A DNA stretch of 64,000 nt from a virus. Taxonomy: Duplodnaviria; Caudoviricetes. Shown here in pieces: positions 39,011 to 47,906 of this stretch; within the stretch, counting starts at the first letter, position 1, and each line of letters opens with the position of its first letter. Location of the stretch: positions 628 to 64,627 of the IMG/VR virus record IMGVR_UViG_3300045952_000362. One strand, 5' to 3'. A model generated the notes under the pieces. It did not search any database, had not been told where the DNA came from, and saw only the letters and a program-made list of their open reading frames with translations. Made by a program: the position numbers and the translations under genes.

Positions 39011-40770
39011 TGGCTTACTTTCCAACCTCCGAAACGGGATTGCAATTCGCTACTTCGTCGCCGGGACCAAACGTCGCACCATCCCAGACGATTACAGCCA
39101 GTGGATCAACGAACACCAAGGGCAGCTATACGGAGTTGATCTCCTCGGCTGCGTTTACGGCCAACTGGGCTTACGTCTACACGTACGCATCCGCTGCCTC
39201 GAATGGACGGCAATACCTCTACGATATTGCGACCGGGGCTGCGGCCGCTGAGGTCGTGCGACTCCCAGATATTCTGGCGTGGGGCGGCCCCACCTCTGCG
39301 CATGCAGGTGCGGCGGGCAATCTGCCGTTCCCGTTGGCCGTCGCATCCGGTACTCGTGTGGCGGCCCGCTGTCAGTCCACGACAGGTGGCGGTACGTTGA
39401 ATATCTTGGTCCGTCTCATTGCGGCCGGTTCGCTCGTTGGCATCTCAACGTTCACGAATCACGGAGCGGTCACAGCCGATAGCGGTGGCACCTCATACGA
39501 TCCAGGCGGGTCGGCTAACACCAAAGGTTCCTACACGCAACTCGCTGCCAGTACGGCCGCGGTCGCGCAGTATCTGATGCTCATGACGAGCGTCGGAGGT
39601 AACACGCAGCCGACTTCGAATGGATGGGCCATCGATATCGCTACCGGTGCCGCCGCGAGTGAGGTGGTGCTGATCCCGGACCTTCGGCAGTCCGTGTTGA
39701 ATGAAAGCACGGACGGTGTCCTGCTTTGGCAACCGTCATGTCATGCATTTCCGGTTTACATTCCCGCGAGTACGCGCATCGCAGTGCGTGCTTCTGTTGT
39801 GGGTACCGACGCGACCGACCGTCTCATCGACATGTCGATCTATATCGGCACAGCTCCGGACGAACCGGTAACGAATCCGGCCACGTGTGAGTACTACCCG
39901 GCGAGTGCTTTGAACCTCTCCTATGTGACGTATCCTGTCGGGCCAGGGGCCACAGTCGATATCATTCTACCGGCCGCAGGGGCCAACAACACCAAGAGCG
40001 CCTACGTACAAGCAGTGGCCTCAGCACCGTTCACGAGTAACCAAGCAATCATCCACTGGCAATTTACGCAGTCACTGAGTCGGACTTGCCTGCTCGACAT
40101 TGCCACGGGAGCGGCCGCAAGTGAAACAGTGGTGGTACCGAATCTGCTCAACGAAGGAAATGCGGGGTCGACTTCCTGGGTGGGCAAGTCGTGGGATCTG
40201 CCTCTCAGTATTCCGATGGGGTCGCGCATTGCAGCACGGTATCAGATCAACGATATCACAGGCGGTCTGACGCCCAACAGCGGACCTCAGATCACCTTGA
40301 GTGCGGGTGGCGGTCGTCCGGGCATTACTTCGTTCACCAACTACGGGGCGGCGACGAGTACAAGTCGCGGGACGCAGGTGGACCCCGGCGGCACCATCGA
40401 CACGAAAGGCAGCTACTCGCAGATGACCGCGAGCACGGCCGCTGTCTCGCAATCGATTACACTGTGCATGACGGGCATCGGTAACACGGCTCCGACCAGC
40501 TCTCGATGGAAGATCGACATCGCCACCGGGGCTGCCGCATCGGAGGTCGTGTTGATTCCAGATCTGCTCTATACGGCGGCAGGAACCGTGTTCCGCTACC
40601 AGGGTTCGGGGCAGACCTTCCCCACGTACATTCCGGCAAGCACAAGAATCGCAGTGCGAGCTTCGAGCGGTATCAACGATGCGACGGACCGTCTCATCGA
40701 TGTGGCCGTTGTCGTCGGCACTGCTCCGGCCACAGTCGCATTGGAACGAGCATTCACATTCATCGGTTAA
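39010..40770 (+). CDS. Tail fibre/receptor-binding-like protein made of four repeats
   Basis: Four copies of NTKGSY..DIATGAAASEVV.IPDL..IPASTRIAVR. Confidence 0.7.
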   Translation: MAYFPTSETGLQFATSSPGPNVAPSQTITASGSTNTKGSYTELISSAAFTANWAYVYTYASAASNGRQYLYDIATGAAAAEVVRLPDILAWGGPTSAHAGAAGNLPFPLAVASGTRVAARCQSTTGGGTLNILVRLIAAGSLVGISTFTNHGAVTADSGGTSYDPGGSANTKGSYTQLAASTAAVAQYLMLMTSVGGNTQPTSNGWAIDIATGAAASEVVLIPDLRQSVLNESTDGVLLWQPSCHAFPVYIPASTRIAVRASVVGTDATDRLIDMSIYIGTAPDEPVTNPATCEYYPASALNLSYVTYPVGPGATVDIILPAAGANNTKSAYVQAVASAPFTSNQAIIHWQFTQSLSRTCLLDIATGAAASETVVVPNLLNEGNAGSTSWVGKSWDLPLSIPMGSRIAARYQINDITGGLTPNSGPQITLSAGGGRPGITSFTNYGAATSTSRGTQVDPGGTIDTKGSYSQMTASTAAVSQSITLCMTGIGNTAPTSSRWKIDIATGAAASEVVLIPDLLYTAAGTVFRYQGSGQTFPTYIPASTRIAVRASSGINDATDRLIDVAVVVGTAPATVALERAFTFIG

Positions 40771-40786
40771 CAGGAGGCACAGAGCA

Positions 40787-41206
40787 ATGGCAAAGTTCGC
40801 TGTCGTCGTCAAGGATCCACAGGTCGCTCGCGAGCGAGAGATCGAACGTAACTTCAAGCACAACCTTCCTTCGTTGCGCGACAACGTGGGAAATGTCGGA
40901 CACCGGACCATGCTGCGCAAGCAAGTCGAAGCGATGGTCTCACCCAAACAGGCTGGCGATCTACACACGCACATCGACGAAGACTGTCCGATGGGACTGC
41001 CGAACTGCCGCAACTGCGGCGACCCGGATCATGCGGCCGATTGCGCAAGCAAGGGCCACTGCCCCGATTGCGGCACCAAGCACGGCATCGCGCCATCCTC
41101 GGTGGTAGCGGCCAACGGATTCGAACTCATCGAGATCGACGGACCAAAGGAGGACGAGGAATGGGATCGTCTCCAGAAGAAGTTCGTCGCAAAGAAGAAG
41201 GCGTGA
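40787..41206 (+). CDS. Cys/His-rich hypothetical protein
   Basis: RBS AGGAGG; CRNCGDPDH..HCPDCGTKH. Confidence 0.6.
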   Translation: MAKFAVVVKDPQVAREREIERNFKHNLPSLRDNVGNVGHRTMLRKQVEAMVSPKQAGDLHTHIDEDCPMGLPNCRNCGDPDHAADCASKGHCPDCGTKHGIAPSSVVAANGFELIEIDGPKEDEEWDRLQKKFVAKKKA

Positions 41207-41733
41207 TGGAACCGTCTTGGTTTGAAATCGCTGCTCGCTATCTCGGTGTGAAGGAAATACCGGGAGCGGGCAGCAACCCCACCATCATGACGTGGGTGCG
41301 CCGAGTCGCCGTCGGTCCATTCAAATGGATCGCGGGCGTCTACAAGGATGACGACATCGCGTGGTGCGCGCTGTTCGTGAACAACTGCCTCGTCGAAGCA
41401 GGACTGCCGCAGACCGGCCTTCTCTCAGCACGGTCGTTCCAGAAGTACGGACGACAGCTGGTGGCCCCGCGTCTGGGGTGCATCCTGGTGTTCGACGGTG
41501 GGCTGCGCGGTCCCGGCTTTGGACACGTGGGGTTCTACGTGGGCGAGACCGCGGACGGGAAGATGTTGCGTGTGCGGGGAGGAAACCAGAACAACGCCGT
41601 GAGCGAGATCTGGATGACACGCAAGCGCTTGTTGGCCGATGGAATGCGTTGGCCGTTTGGTGTCGACCTACCGGTGCCGGCCCCGGTGGTGCTCGAGTCA
41701 GATGGGATGCCGGCATCAACCAGTGAGGGATAG
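41206..41733 (+). CDS. Endolysin (TIGR02594/NlpC-P60-like peptidase)
   Basis: WFEIAARYLGVKEIPG, DDIAWCALFV, GHVGFYVG, GGNQNNAV. Confidence 0.92.
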   Translation: MEPSWFEIAARYLGVKEIPGAGSNPTIMTWVRRVAVGPFKWIAGVYKDDDIAWCALFVNNCLVEAGLPQTGLLSARSFQKYGRQLVAPRLGCILVFDGGLRGPGFGHVGFYVGETADGKMLRVRGGNQNNAVSEIWMTRKRLLADGMRWPFGVDLPVPAPVVLESDGMPASTSEG

Positions 41734-42175
41734 ATGAAGTACTTTCGCTTAACGATCGTGTGGTCGTTCGTTTGCATTCGTCGTCTTGCTCGGCCCGTCG
41801 ATCGTTGCTCAGGGTGTCGCGCAGGTCACGCAGGGAGGCGTCGATGCACCGAGGGCGCCCAACACTCCGAACGTCTGGGGCAATTCGTTCCTCTGGGCAT
41901 TCGCCAGTTCGTGGATCATGCGGTGGCTCCGCGAGCATCCAAGCGTGAGTGCGTTCTCGTCGGAGACGTCGCTCAAACTTCAGCGCCTCATCGCCGGGGC
42001 GGTTGCGTTCCTGAGCGGACTCGGGATCAGCTTCGTCTTCGACCACAACACCGGCCAGTTGGTGGTCTCTGGGCTGGCGCTCGCTTCGATCGGTTCGGGG
42101 CTGCGTCAGTTCTTCATGCAAGAGTTCGTGTACCACTCCGCCCTCAAACGTCCGTCACCGACCGCAAAGGTCTAG
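41734..42175 (+). CDS. Holin-like membrane protein, apparently split by a +1 frameshift near 41770
   Basis: RBS+ATG at 41734 gives MKYFRLTIVWSF; the hydrophobic continuation FAFVVLLGP and TM segments are in the +1 frame. Confidence 0.55.
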
Positions 42176-42184
42176 GAGGTTCTT

Positions 42185-42745
42185 GTGAAGAGAGTTGCCC
42201 TCGCCCTCGTCATCGTGCTGCTTGCCCCGGCATGCTCGCTCGGCTTGCAGTCGCCCGTCACCAATCGTCCCCAGCTGTCGGCCATCGGCAAGACCGCCGT
42301 CTATGGTCGGCAGTTCGTCATCGCGGGCAACGGCGTGTTGACCGGGATCGACACCGTCATGGAGAACGGCGTCCTGCCGCGCGAGCACGGCATCACCCTA
42401 CTGCGTGTTATGCAACGCATCGGGGACGAGGCTGTGCGATTGGCCGACATCTTGAAGCTGTTGGACCAAGCCACGACCGCGACACAGCAGACCTCGCTGG
42501 TCGCTCGCGCGCAGAGCGTCGTTGCCACCATGCGGACGCTGCTCGACAGCGCCATCCTGCCCATCGCCGACACACGGGCGCGTGCCATCATGTCGAGTAC
42601 GACGGCGACGTTCTCCGCGCTGCTGTCAGACTTCGGTACGACGTTTGTGAATATGCTGGGAGCAGGAACGCTCCGAGTGTCGGCGGAGGAGTTGTCTCGT
42701 GCGCCAGCCGAGTGGCGGTGGGCGATTGAAGGAGGTGTGCAGTGA
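42185..42745 (+). CDS. Lipoprotein in lysis cassette (spanin-like candidate)
   Basis: MKRVALALVIVLLAPAC lipobox-like signal; helical body; RBS AGGAGG. Confidence 0.6.
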   Translation: MKRVALALVIVLLAPACSLGLQSPVTNRPQLSAIGKTAVYGRQFVIAGNGVLTGIDTVMENGVLPREHGITLLRVMQRIGDEAVRLADILKLLDQATTATQQTSLVARAQSVVATMRTLLDSAILPIADTRARAIMSSTTATFSALLSDFGTTFVNMLGAGTLRVSAEELSRAPAEWRWAIEGGVQ

Positions 42746-42987
42746 TCGAACTTGCGAAGCTGTTGGCCGTGGCTATCGACGGCATCAAAGCATTCCGTGA
42801 GACCCGCGATCGAATGGTTGCGGCCGGAGCAGTGGACCCGGCGGACCTGCCGTCGGATGCCGAACTCATCGAGCTGTTTCGGGCCGACGCCGTAGCGTTT
42901 CGGGATCGCGCTGGCGACCTGCTGCGCAAGTGGGAAACCCCCGGCACGCCCGCCCCCGTTCCCGGCCCGGTCGACCCCGGCCGCTAG
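42742..42987 (+). CDS. Small amphipathic lysis-associated protein
   Basis: Overlaps previous stop; RBS GGAGG. Confidence 0.5.
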   Translation: MIELAKLLAVAIDGIKAFRETRDRMVAAGAVDPADLPSDAELIELFRADAVAFRDRAGDLLRKWETPGTPAPVPGPVDPGR

Positions 42988-43216
42988 AGCCCGTTCCCGG
43001 CCCCCCGGCAAGACGTCCGGCGGGGCCGGGAGACGCGCCCCCGCCCCCGGTTTCGGGGCCGCAAGGGGGCGTTAATGGCCAAGGCCCCCCCGCCCCCGCC
43101 CGCCCCGGCCCAACCTGCCGGCCATTAGCGGTCCTATACGGGCCTGAACGGCCCCGCCCCGGCCGGTTGGAACGCCCCCGGAACGGCCCCCGCCCCGCGA
43201 CCGTTAATTGGGTTTG
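42935..43216. repeat. GC-rich phased island 3, at the convergence of the two arms
   Basis: A/T steps at about 43052, 43063, 43073, 43081, 43112, 43125, 43136, 43147, 43169, 43182, 43205, 43214; GGGGCGTTAATGG 43066-43078. Confidence 0.8.
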
Positions 43217-45321
43217 GCGGGCGTCCGTCGCCGCAACACGACGACGTGCGCGGGCCGCGTCAACTCCTCGGGCGTGTCATACAGACGAGCTGCGTGAAGG
43301 TTGTGCAATATGTACGGCGACAGCCGCCACATGAAACGGAACGACGTGCCTTTCTTCTCTACGACTTGCAGCAAATGCAAATCGTCCAGCATGCGACGGA
43401 TGGTGGCATTCGGATACGCGATGTCGGTAGCGAGTTCCACACTGGTGCAATAGTCCTTGTCGGTCGGGCAGCGTTTGTAGATCGCGCGGATGAGATCTTC
43501 CTGTCGCTGCGCCACGGTGTCCAACATAACCTTCACCGCCACGCGGTAGTCGGCCTCGGAGACTTCGCGTCGCCCATGCACCCATGCGAGAGCGCGACAG
43601 AGCTTCGACAGTTGCACCCCCAGACGACTGCCGACCTCGGCAAACGGTCGGCCGATGATGTGCTCGCCTCGGAAGTCCTTCGACACCGTGCCGCGGATGC
43701 GGGCACCGAACCGTGCCAGCGCGATGATGCGTCGCTGATACTCTTGCGACAACGTGGGCACGGGGCCGCGAGGCGCATTCAAGAACGCCGAGGTGACCTC
43801 GGCCAGTTCCTTTTGCATCGCGCTGCTGCGGTCCACATTCTCGATGGCTCGTTGAATGATCTGCTCCTCGCTGTCGTGTTGCAGATTGTCGGCGATGGTG
43901 ACCTTCAAGAACCGTTCGCCGAGCGACGCGTGTCCCTCGCCCAAGTCGTAGATGCGCGGGGTGACACCGGCGATGAACCCGAAACTGCTCTCGTAGCTAC
44001 GTTCGACTCCGTTGCCGAAGATCTTGCCGCAGCGCCCGTCGTACGCGTCACGGAAGATGCCGAAGATCTCGCCTTGGTCCAGGTCGCGCATCTCGAACAC
44101 CGGGGTGAAATCTTTCACGGTCAACAGCTTGCCATTCAGTCTGGGGATGAGCGACGGGTCGCTCTGCCCTTGCCAGTTGGCTCCGGAGATCAGCGCATGC
44201 GGTGTCAGGCTGGACGTGAAGAAAGAGTCCTGCCACGTGGACAGCGCCATCAAGATGGCCGTCTTCGCCGATCCGGGCGGCCCCACGAGGAACAACCACA
44301 GGGGCGGCCCCTCGATCTTCAACGCAAACGCACACGCCAGTGTAATGTCGATGGCGGCCGTATCCTTCAGGAACAGCCACTTGTTGAACACCGCGTGCAC
44401 TTCGGCGAGCGTGGCTGTTTTCTTCTTCGGTTCCTCTTGCGCGAGCTTCCCTTTCTTCAGCACCACCACCTTGCGGCGGTCTGTGCCCTCGCGACGGGGG
44501 TTCGGTCGGAAGAGCTTGTGCAGCTTCTCGAGACAGATGGCGGGGGTGTCTCGTTTGACGGCTCCGTAGACAATCCAATCGCGCGTGTCGAACCCACTCG
44601 GGAGTTCGGCGGGCCAGTGCGTGAACGTGACACTACGCGCCACACCGCGCAACCGCTTCGCTGCCAGCTCCTCGCCGCTGTCGCCGGGTTCGTCCAGATC
44701 GTACAGGGTGTGCACGTCGCGCCCTTTGAATCTCGAGACCCACTCCGGCTTGAACGTGCCGGCACCCGGCAACCCCAACACGACGCCGGGTTTGTCGAGT
44801 GTGCGCAGCAACCAGTTCAACGCGATGGCATCCCACTCGCCCTCGCACAGATACACCGGGTCGTTGGGGCGGGCCGCCAACTCCTGGGACCCGACGAGAC
44901 CGACATCGCAGCCAGCGGTGCTGCGCATCTGCTTCTTCTCGAGGTCGTAGGTGCGTAGATCGTGCAGCTTGCCTCGCTCATCTCGCACCGGCAGCACATA
45001 GTGCGCCCCGTCCCACCCGAACTTCCACGCCTTGAACGCCGCGATGGGGAGTCCGCGGTGCTTAGCCAATGCCGCCATCTTCGCGGGCCGCTCCCGCACG
45101 TCGCGGTAGAGCTCCATCGCCATCCCCAGATACTTCGCCAGTCCGCCCCCTTCGCCGAGGGTCTTCGAATGCCACGCTCCCGTCTTCGTATTGAAATAGA
45201 ACTTGTCAAGCTTCCCGGTGAACGGACAGTCCGCAATCAGTTCGTCACCGCTCTGCCGTTTGAACTCTACGCCATGGGCCGCGTAGGGTCGCGCCTTTGG
45301 GAAATCGTCCACGTCAATCAC
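43204..45321 (-). CDS. Primase-helicase (TOPRIM + AAA+/P-loop + C-terminal wHTH)
   Basis: VYLCEGEWDA and YDLDEPG TOPRIM motifs; LVGPPGSAKT Walker A; FRDAYDG. Confidence 0.88.
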   Translation of the reverse strand: MIDVDDFPKARPYAAHGVEFKRQSGDELIADCPFTGKLDKFYFNTKTGAWHSKTLGEGGGLAKYLGMAMELYRDVRERPAKMAALAKHRGLPIAAFKAWKFGWDGAHYVLPVRDERGKLHDLRTYDLEKKQMRSTAGCDVGLVGSQELAARPNDPVYLCEGEWDAIALNWLLRTLDKPGVVLGLPGAGTFKPEWVSRFKGRDVHTLYDLDEPGDSGEELAAKRLRGVARSVTFTHWPAELPSGFDTRDWIVYGAVKRDTPAICLEKLHKLFRPNPRREGTDRRKVVVLKKGKLAQEEPKKKTATLAEVHAVFNKWLFLKDTAAIDITLACAFALKIEGPPLWLFLVGPPGSAKTAILMALSTWQDSFFTSSLTPHALISGANWQGQSDPSLIPRLNGKLLTVKDFTPVFEMRDLDQGEIFGIFRDAYDGRCGKIFGNGVERSYESSFGFIAGVTPRIYDLGEGHASLGERFLKVTIADNLQHDSEEQIIQRAIENVDRSSAMQKELAEVTSAFLNAPRGPVPTLSQEYQRRIIALARFGARIRGTVSKDFRGEHIIGRPFAEVGSRLGVQLSKLCRALAWVHGRREVSEADYRVAVKVMLDTVAQRQEDLIRAIYKRCPTDKDYCTSVELATDIAYPNATIRRMLDDLHLLQVVEKKGTSFRFMWRLSPYILHNLHAARLYDTPEELTRPAHVVVLRRRTPAKPN

Positions 45322-47438
45322 GCCGCCACCTTGTCCATGAACTTAATCTTCTTCGCCTCATGCCAATACTCGTGCGTCCGAACCAACTTCATCTCAACGG
45401 GAAGGGGCTTCGGCAATCCGAGCAGCTTGGTATCCATCTGCATGGCACGGATGACATCCTTCATCAGCCGCACGCAGTGCAACTCTTCGGGGACCTCGAC
45501 CACGATCTCATCGTGAATGGTCAATAGCAACCGCGGCCCGTCTGCCCACTTGGTCCGCAGCATCCGGTCCACGTTGACCAACGCGTTCTTCATTACATCC
45601 GCTGCCGATCCTTGGATCAGGTAGTTCACAGCGCGGTACGCCCAGTCCGGTTCGAACTCGTACCGGCGACCGTAGGCGTTGTAGATCTCGCCTTCGGCCG
45701 TCGCCAGATTGATCATCTTGTCCATGAAGCGTTTGACACCGGGCAGCTCCGTCTCGTACTGCTCGATGAATTCGATCGCCGCTTCCATACTCGTCTTCAG
45801 CAGCGCCGCCATTTTCTTCGGGCCGCCTCCGTAGAGTTTGCAGAACATGATCAGCTTGGCGCACTTGCGATAGTACTCCGCGTGCTCCTTGAAGTCCTTC
45901 CGATTGCCGAAGACCCGTCGCGCAATGTCACCGTGGAAGTCAATGCCGGCGAGCAACGACGCCTGCATCTTCTTCTCGCCTGACATGAACGCGAACAGCC
46001 AGACCTCGATCTGGGAGTAGTCCGGCAAGTACCACACATAGCCGGGTCGGGGGCCGAACGCTTCTCGCGGCCGCGATTGAATATCGGCCTTACGCCGACC
46101 CGTGGTGGCCGACGCCACTTGCATCAGGTTGGGGTCGGAGCACGACAGACGCCCGGTGACCGTACCGGTCTGCCGGTAGTTGGGGTGCAAGACGTAGACG
46201 CCCTTGTCCTCGCGCACCCAGTAGCGTTCGTAGACCTCCAGGAAACTGGAGATGGTCTGGTCGGCCGCCTTGTACTCCAATACCGCCTTGGCCAACGGAT
46301 CCGGCGGCCGTTTGAGCGCCACGCATCGCCGCACACCTGAGTCGTCGGTGCTGTAAATCTTTTTGTAGCCGTACTTCTTCCTCTTCCGCCACAACGCATC
46401 GGGCACGTCGTTGCGCTGCACCACGTAGCCGGTCGCCATCTTCAAGAGGTGCTCGCCGTTCAACGAGTAGTTGCGCAGCCCGGTCTTCTTGTTGACGGTC
46501 TCCGTGTGGTTGGGCACGTGGCCCCGGTCTTCGTAAAACATCTTCGCCATCTGCGGCGTGCTGTTGTAGTTCTTCCCGGCAGCACCCTCGCGGTCAGCGA
46601 TCTTGACTTGCTTGCTCTTGTAGTCCTCGTAGAAGTCTTTCAGCTTGCGGACGACCGGCCGGTGGACTCGCGTGCCGTGATCCTCCATGCGCTTCAACAC
46701 CCAGAACACTTCATGCTCGCGGGCGCAGACCTCGCGCATGCGCTTGTCTTTCTGGATCGCCGGCATCCACTTCTGCCAGAACACCATCGACCGGATGGCG
46801 TCCCAGATGGCGTACTCGTTGCAGAGGTCTTCGTCCGCCATCCAGTAATCGGCCTTCACCGGATCGCGGCCACCGACGACCTCCGTGCCGTAGGACCACC
46901 GCATCTTCTTCGCCAGCAGCCGAGCACGGTGGGTGGATTTCTTCAGTTTCTTCTCGTCGTCCTCCGTGATGCGCAGGTGCTTCTTCGCCAACGGCTTCAA
47001 CGCGTAGGTGAGTTCACCCCCAGCGGTGTAGGTGTGGGCCACGATCATGGTGTCGGTGATCTTGCCTTGCACTTGGATGCCGTCGAACTGCGCCATCAAC
47101 AGATCGAACCGGGGGTTGTGTCCGATCTTCTCGATGGCGGGGTCTTCCAGGATGCTGCGCACCTTGTCGTGGTCGCTGCGCTTCCATGTCACCGCCCGTG
47201 TCACTGGGTCGACCTTGCCCCGCACCGACGCGGTGTTGCCCTCTTCGTCGCAGAACGAATAGAGGAACGGCCGTGCCGGCACGATGCGCCGCACGACATC
47301 TTTCTGTGGTGCCTTCTTGTTTCCGAAGTTGTACGTCACCTCCCGATACGAACCCCACCCGTTGAGTCCCGTCGCCTCCGTGTCGAAGGCCACGCGACGT
47401 CCCGTGAGACCGAACGGCAGTGCGCGCTTAATCAGCAT
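45318..47438 (-). CDS. polA: Family A DNA polymerase with 3'-5' exonuclease
   Basis: FDTEATG, HNPRFD, TVTGRLSCSDPNLMQV, DYSQIE, RKCAK..YG, NYLIQGSAAD, LTIHDEI. Confidence 0.96.
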   Translation of the reverse strand: MLIKRALPFGLTGRRVAFDTEATGLNGWGSYREVTYNFGNKKAPQKDVVRRIVPARPFLYSFCDEEGNTASVRGKVDPVTRAVTWKRSDHDKVRSILEDPAIEKIGHNPRFDLLMAQFDGIQVQGKITDTMIVAHTYTAGGELTYALKPLAKKHLRITEDDEKKLKKSTHRARLLAKKMRWSYGTEVVGGRDPVKADYWMADEDLCNEYAIWDAIRSMVFWQKWMPAIQKDKRMREVCAREHEVFWVLKRMEDHGTRVHRPVVRKLKDFYEDYKSKQVKIADREGAAGKNYNSTPQMAKMFYEDRGHVPNHTETVNKKTGLRNYSLNGEHLLKMATGYVVQRNDVPDALWRKRKKYGYKKIYSTDDSGVRRCVALKRPPDPLAKAVLEYKAADQTISSFLEVYERYWVREDKGVYVLHPNYRQTGTVTGRLSCSDPNLMQVASATTGRRKADIQSRPREAFGPRPGYVWYLPDYSQIEVWLFAFMSGEKKMQASLLAGIDFHGDIARRVFGNRKDFKEHAEYYRKCAKLIMFCKLYGGGPKKMAALLKTSMEAAIEFIEQYETELPGVKRFMDKMINLATAEGEIYNAYGRRYEFEPDWAYRAVNYLIQGSAADVMKNALVNVDRMLRTKWADGPRLLLTIHDEIVVEVPEELHCVRLMKDVIRAMQMDTKLLGLPKPLPVEMKLVRTHEYWHEAKKIKFMDKVAA

Positions 47439-47841
47439 TCGCGTTCAACCACGAGATCGTGCGGCACCGTTTGCAAATGAAGTTCTCGTGGCACTTGCAG
47501 GGTTGCGTTTCCCAGTAGCGCATCCACGAGCGCATGATCTCTTCTCGTCTGGTCAGCCAGATGTGGAAGAAAGCGAAGTAGTTCGCAGCGTCCTTTAGTC
47601 TCGAGACCGGCGGATCGCTGTTGACGTGGCCGTGTATGCAGAGGTGTTGCAGCGCCGTGGTCTGCTTGTCCAGCAGATTGCCCAGCACCTGAAATGGTTG
47701 CTGGTTCCACGTCACGCAGCTGTCCAACACATTGAGGAGGGCGACGCCGGTGGGGGCGTAGTCGCTCTGTCGGCTGGCGATGACAGAGAGGGCGTCGTCG
47801 TAGAATTGCGAGATCGCGTCGTACTGCTCTTTCAGATTCAT
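47428..47841 (-). CDS. Nucleotide-modification-associated (Nmad1/DUF1599-like) all-alpha protein
   Basis: IASRQSDYA..N..LLDK..RLKDAANYF pattern. Confidence 0.55.
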   Translation of the reverse strand: MNLKEQYDAISQFYDDALSVIASRQSDYAPTGVALLNVLDSCVTWNQQPFQVLGNLLDKQTTALQHLCIHGHVNSDPPVSRLKDAANYFAFFHIWLTRREEIMRSWMRYWETQPCKCHENFICKRCRTISWLNANAD

Positions 47842-47861
47842 GGGACGAGTCTCCTGCAAAA

Positions 47862-47896
47862 CGGGAAGGAGGCGAGCCCGAAGGCCCGCCCCCCCG
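47862..47896 (-). terminator. Hairpin with cUUCGg loop downstream of SSB-like gene
   Basis: Minus strand GGCGGGCC-TTCG-GGCTCGCC..CCCGTTTT. Confidence 0.6.
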
Positions 47897-47906
47897 CACC
47901 CGCGAC

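Noticed and set aside
39010-40770. Diversity-generating retroelement TR/VR pair
   Set aside because: Repeat copies differ mostly at synonymous, non-adenine-specific positions and no reverse transcriptase was found.
43246-44958. 570-aa plus-strand ORF (and similar long antisense ORFs such as 30448-31782 and 47626-48951)
   Set aside because: Shadow frames of well-supported genes in a high-GC genome; no motifs or RBS.
45318-47841. Z-base (2-aminoadenine) or 7-deazaguanine genome
   Set aside because: No PurZ, QueC/D/E, FolE or DpdA-like genes recognised.
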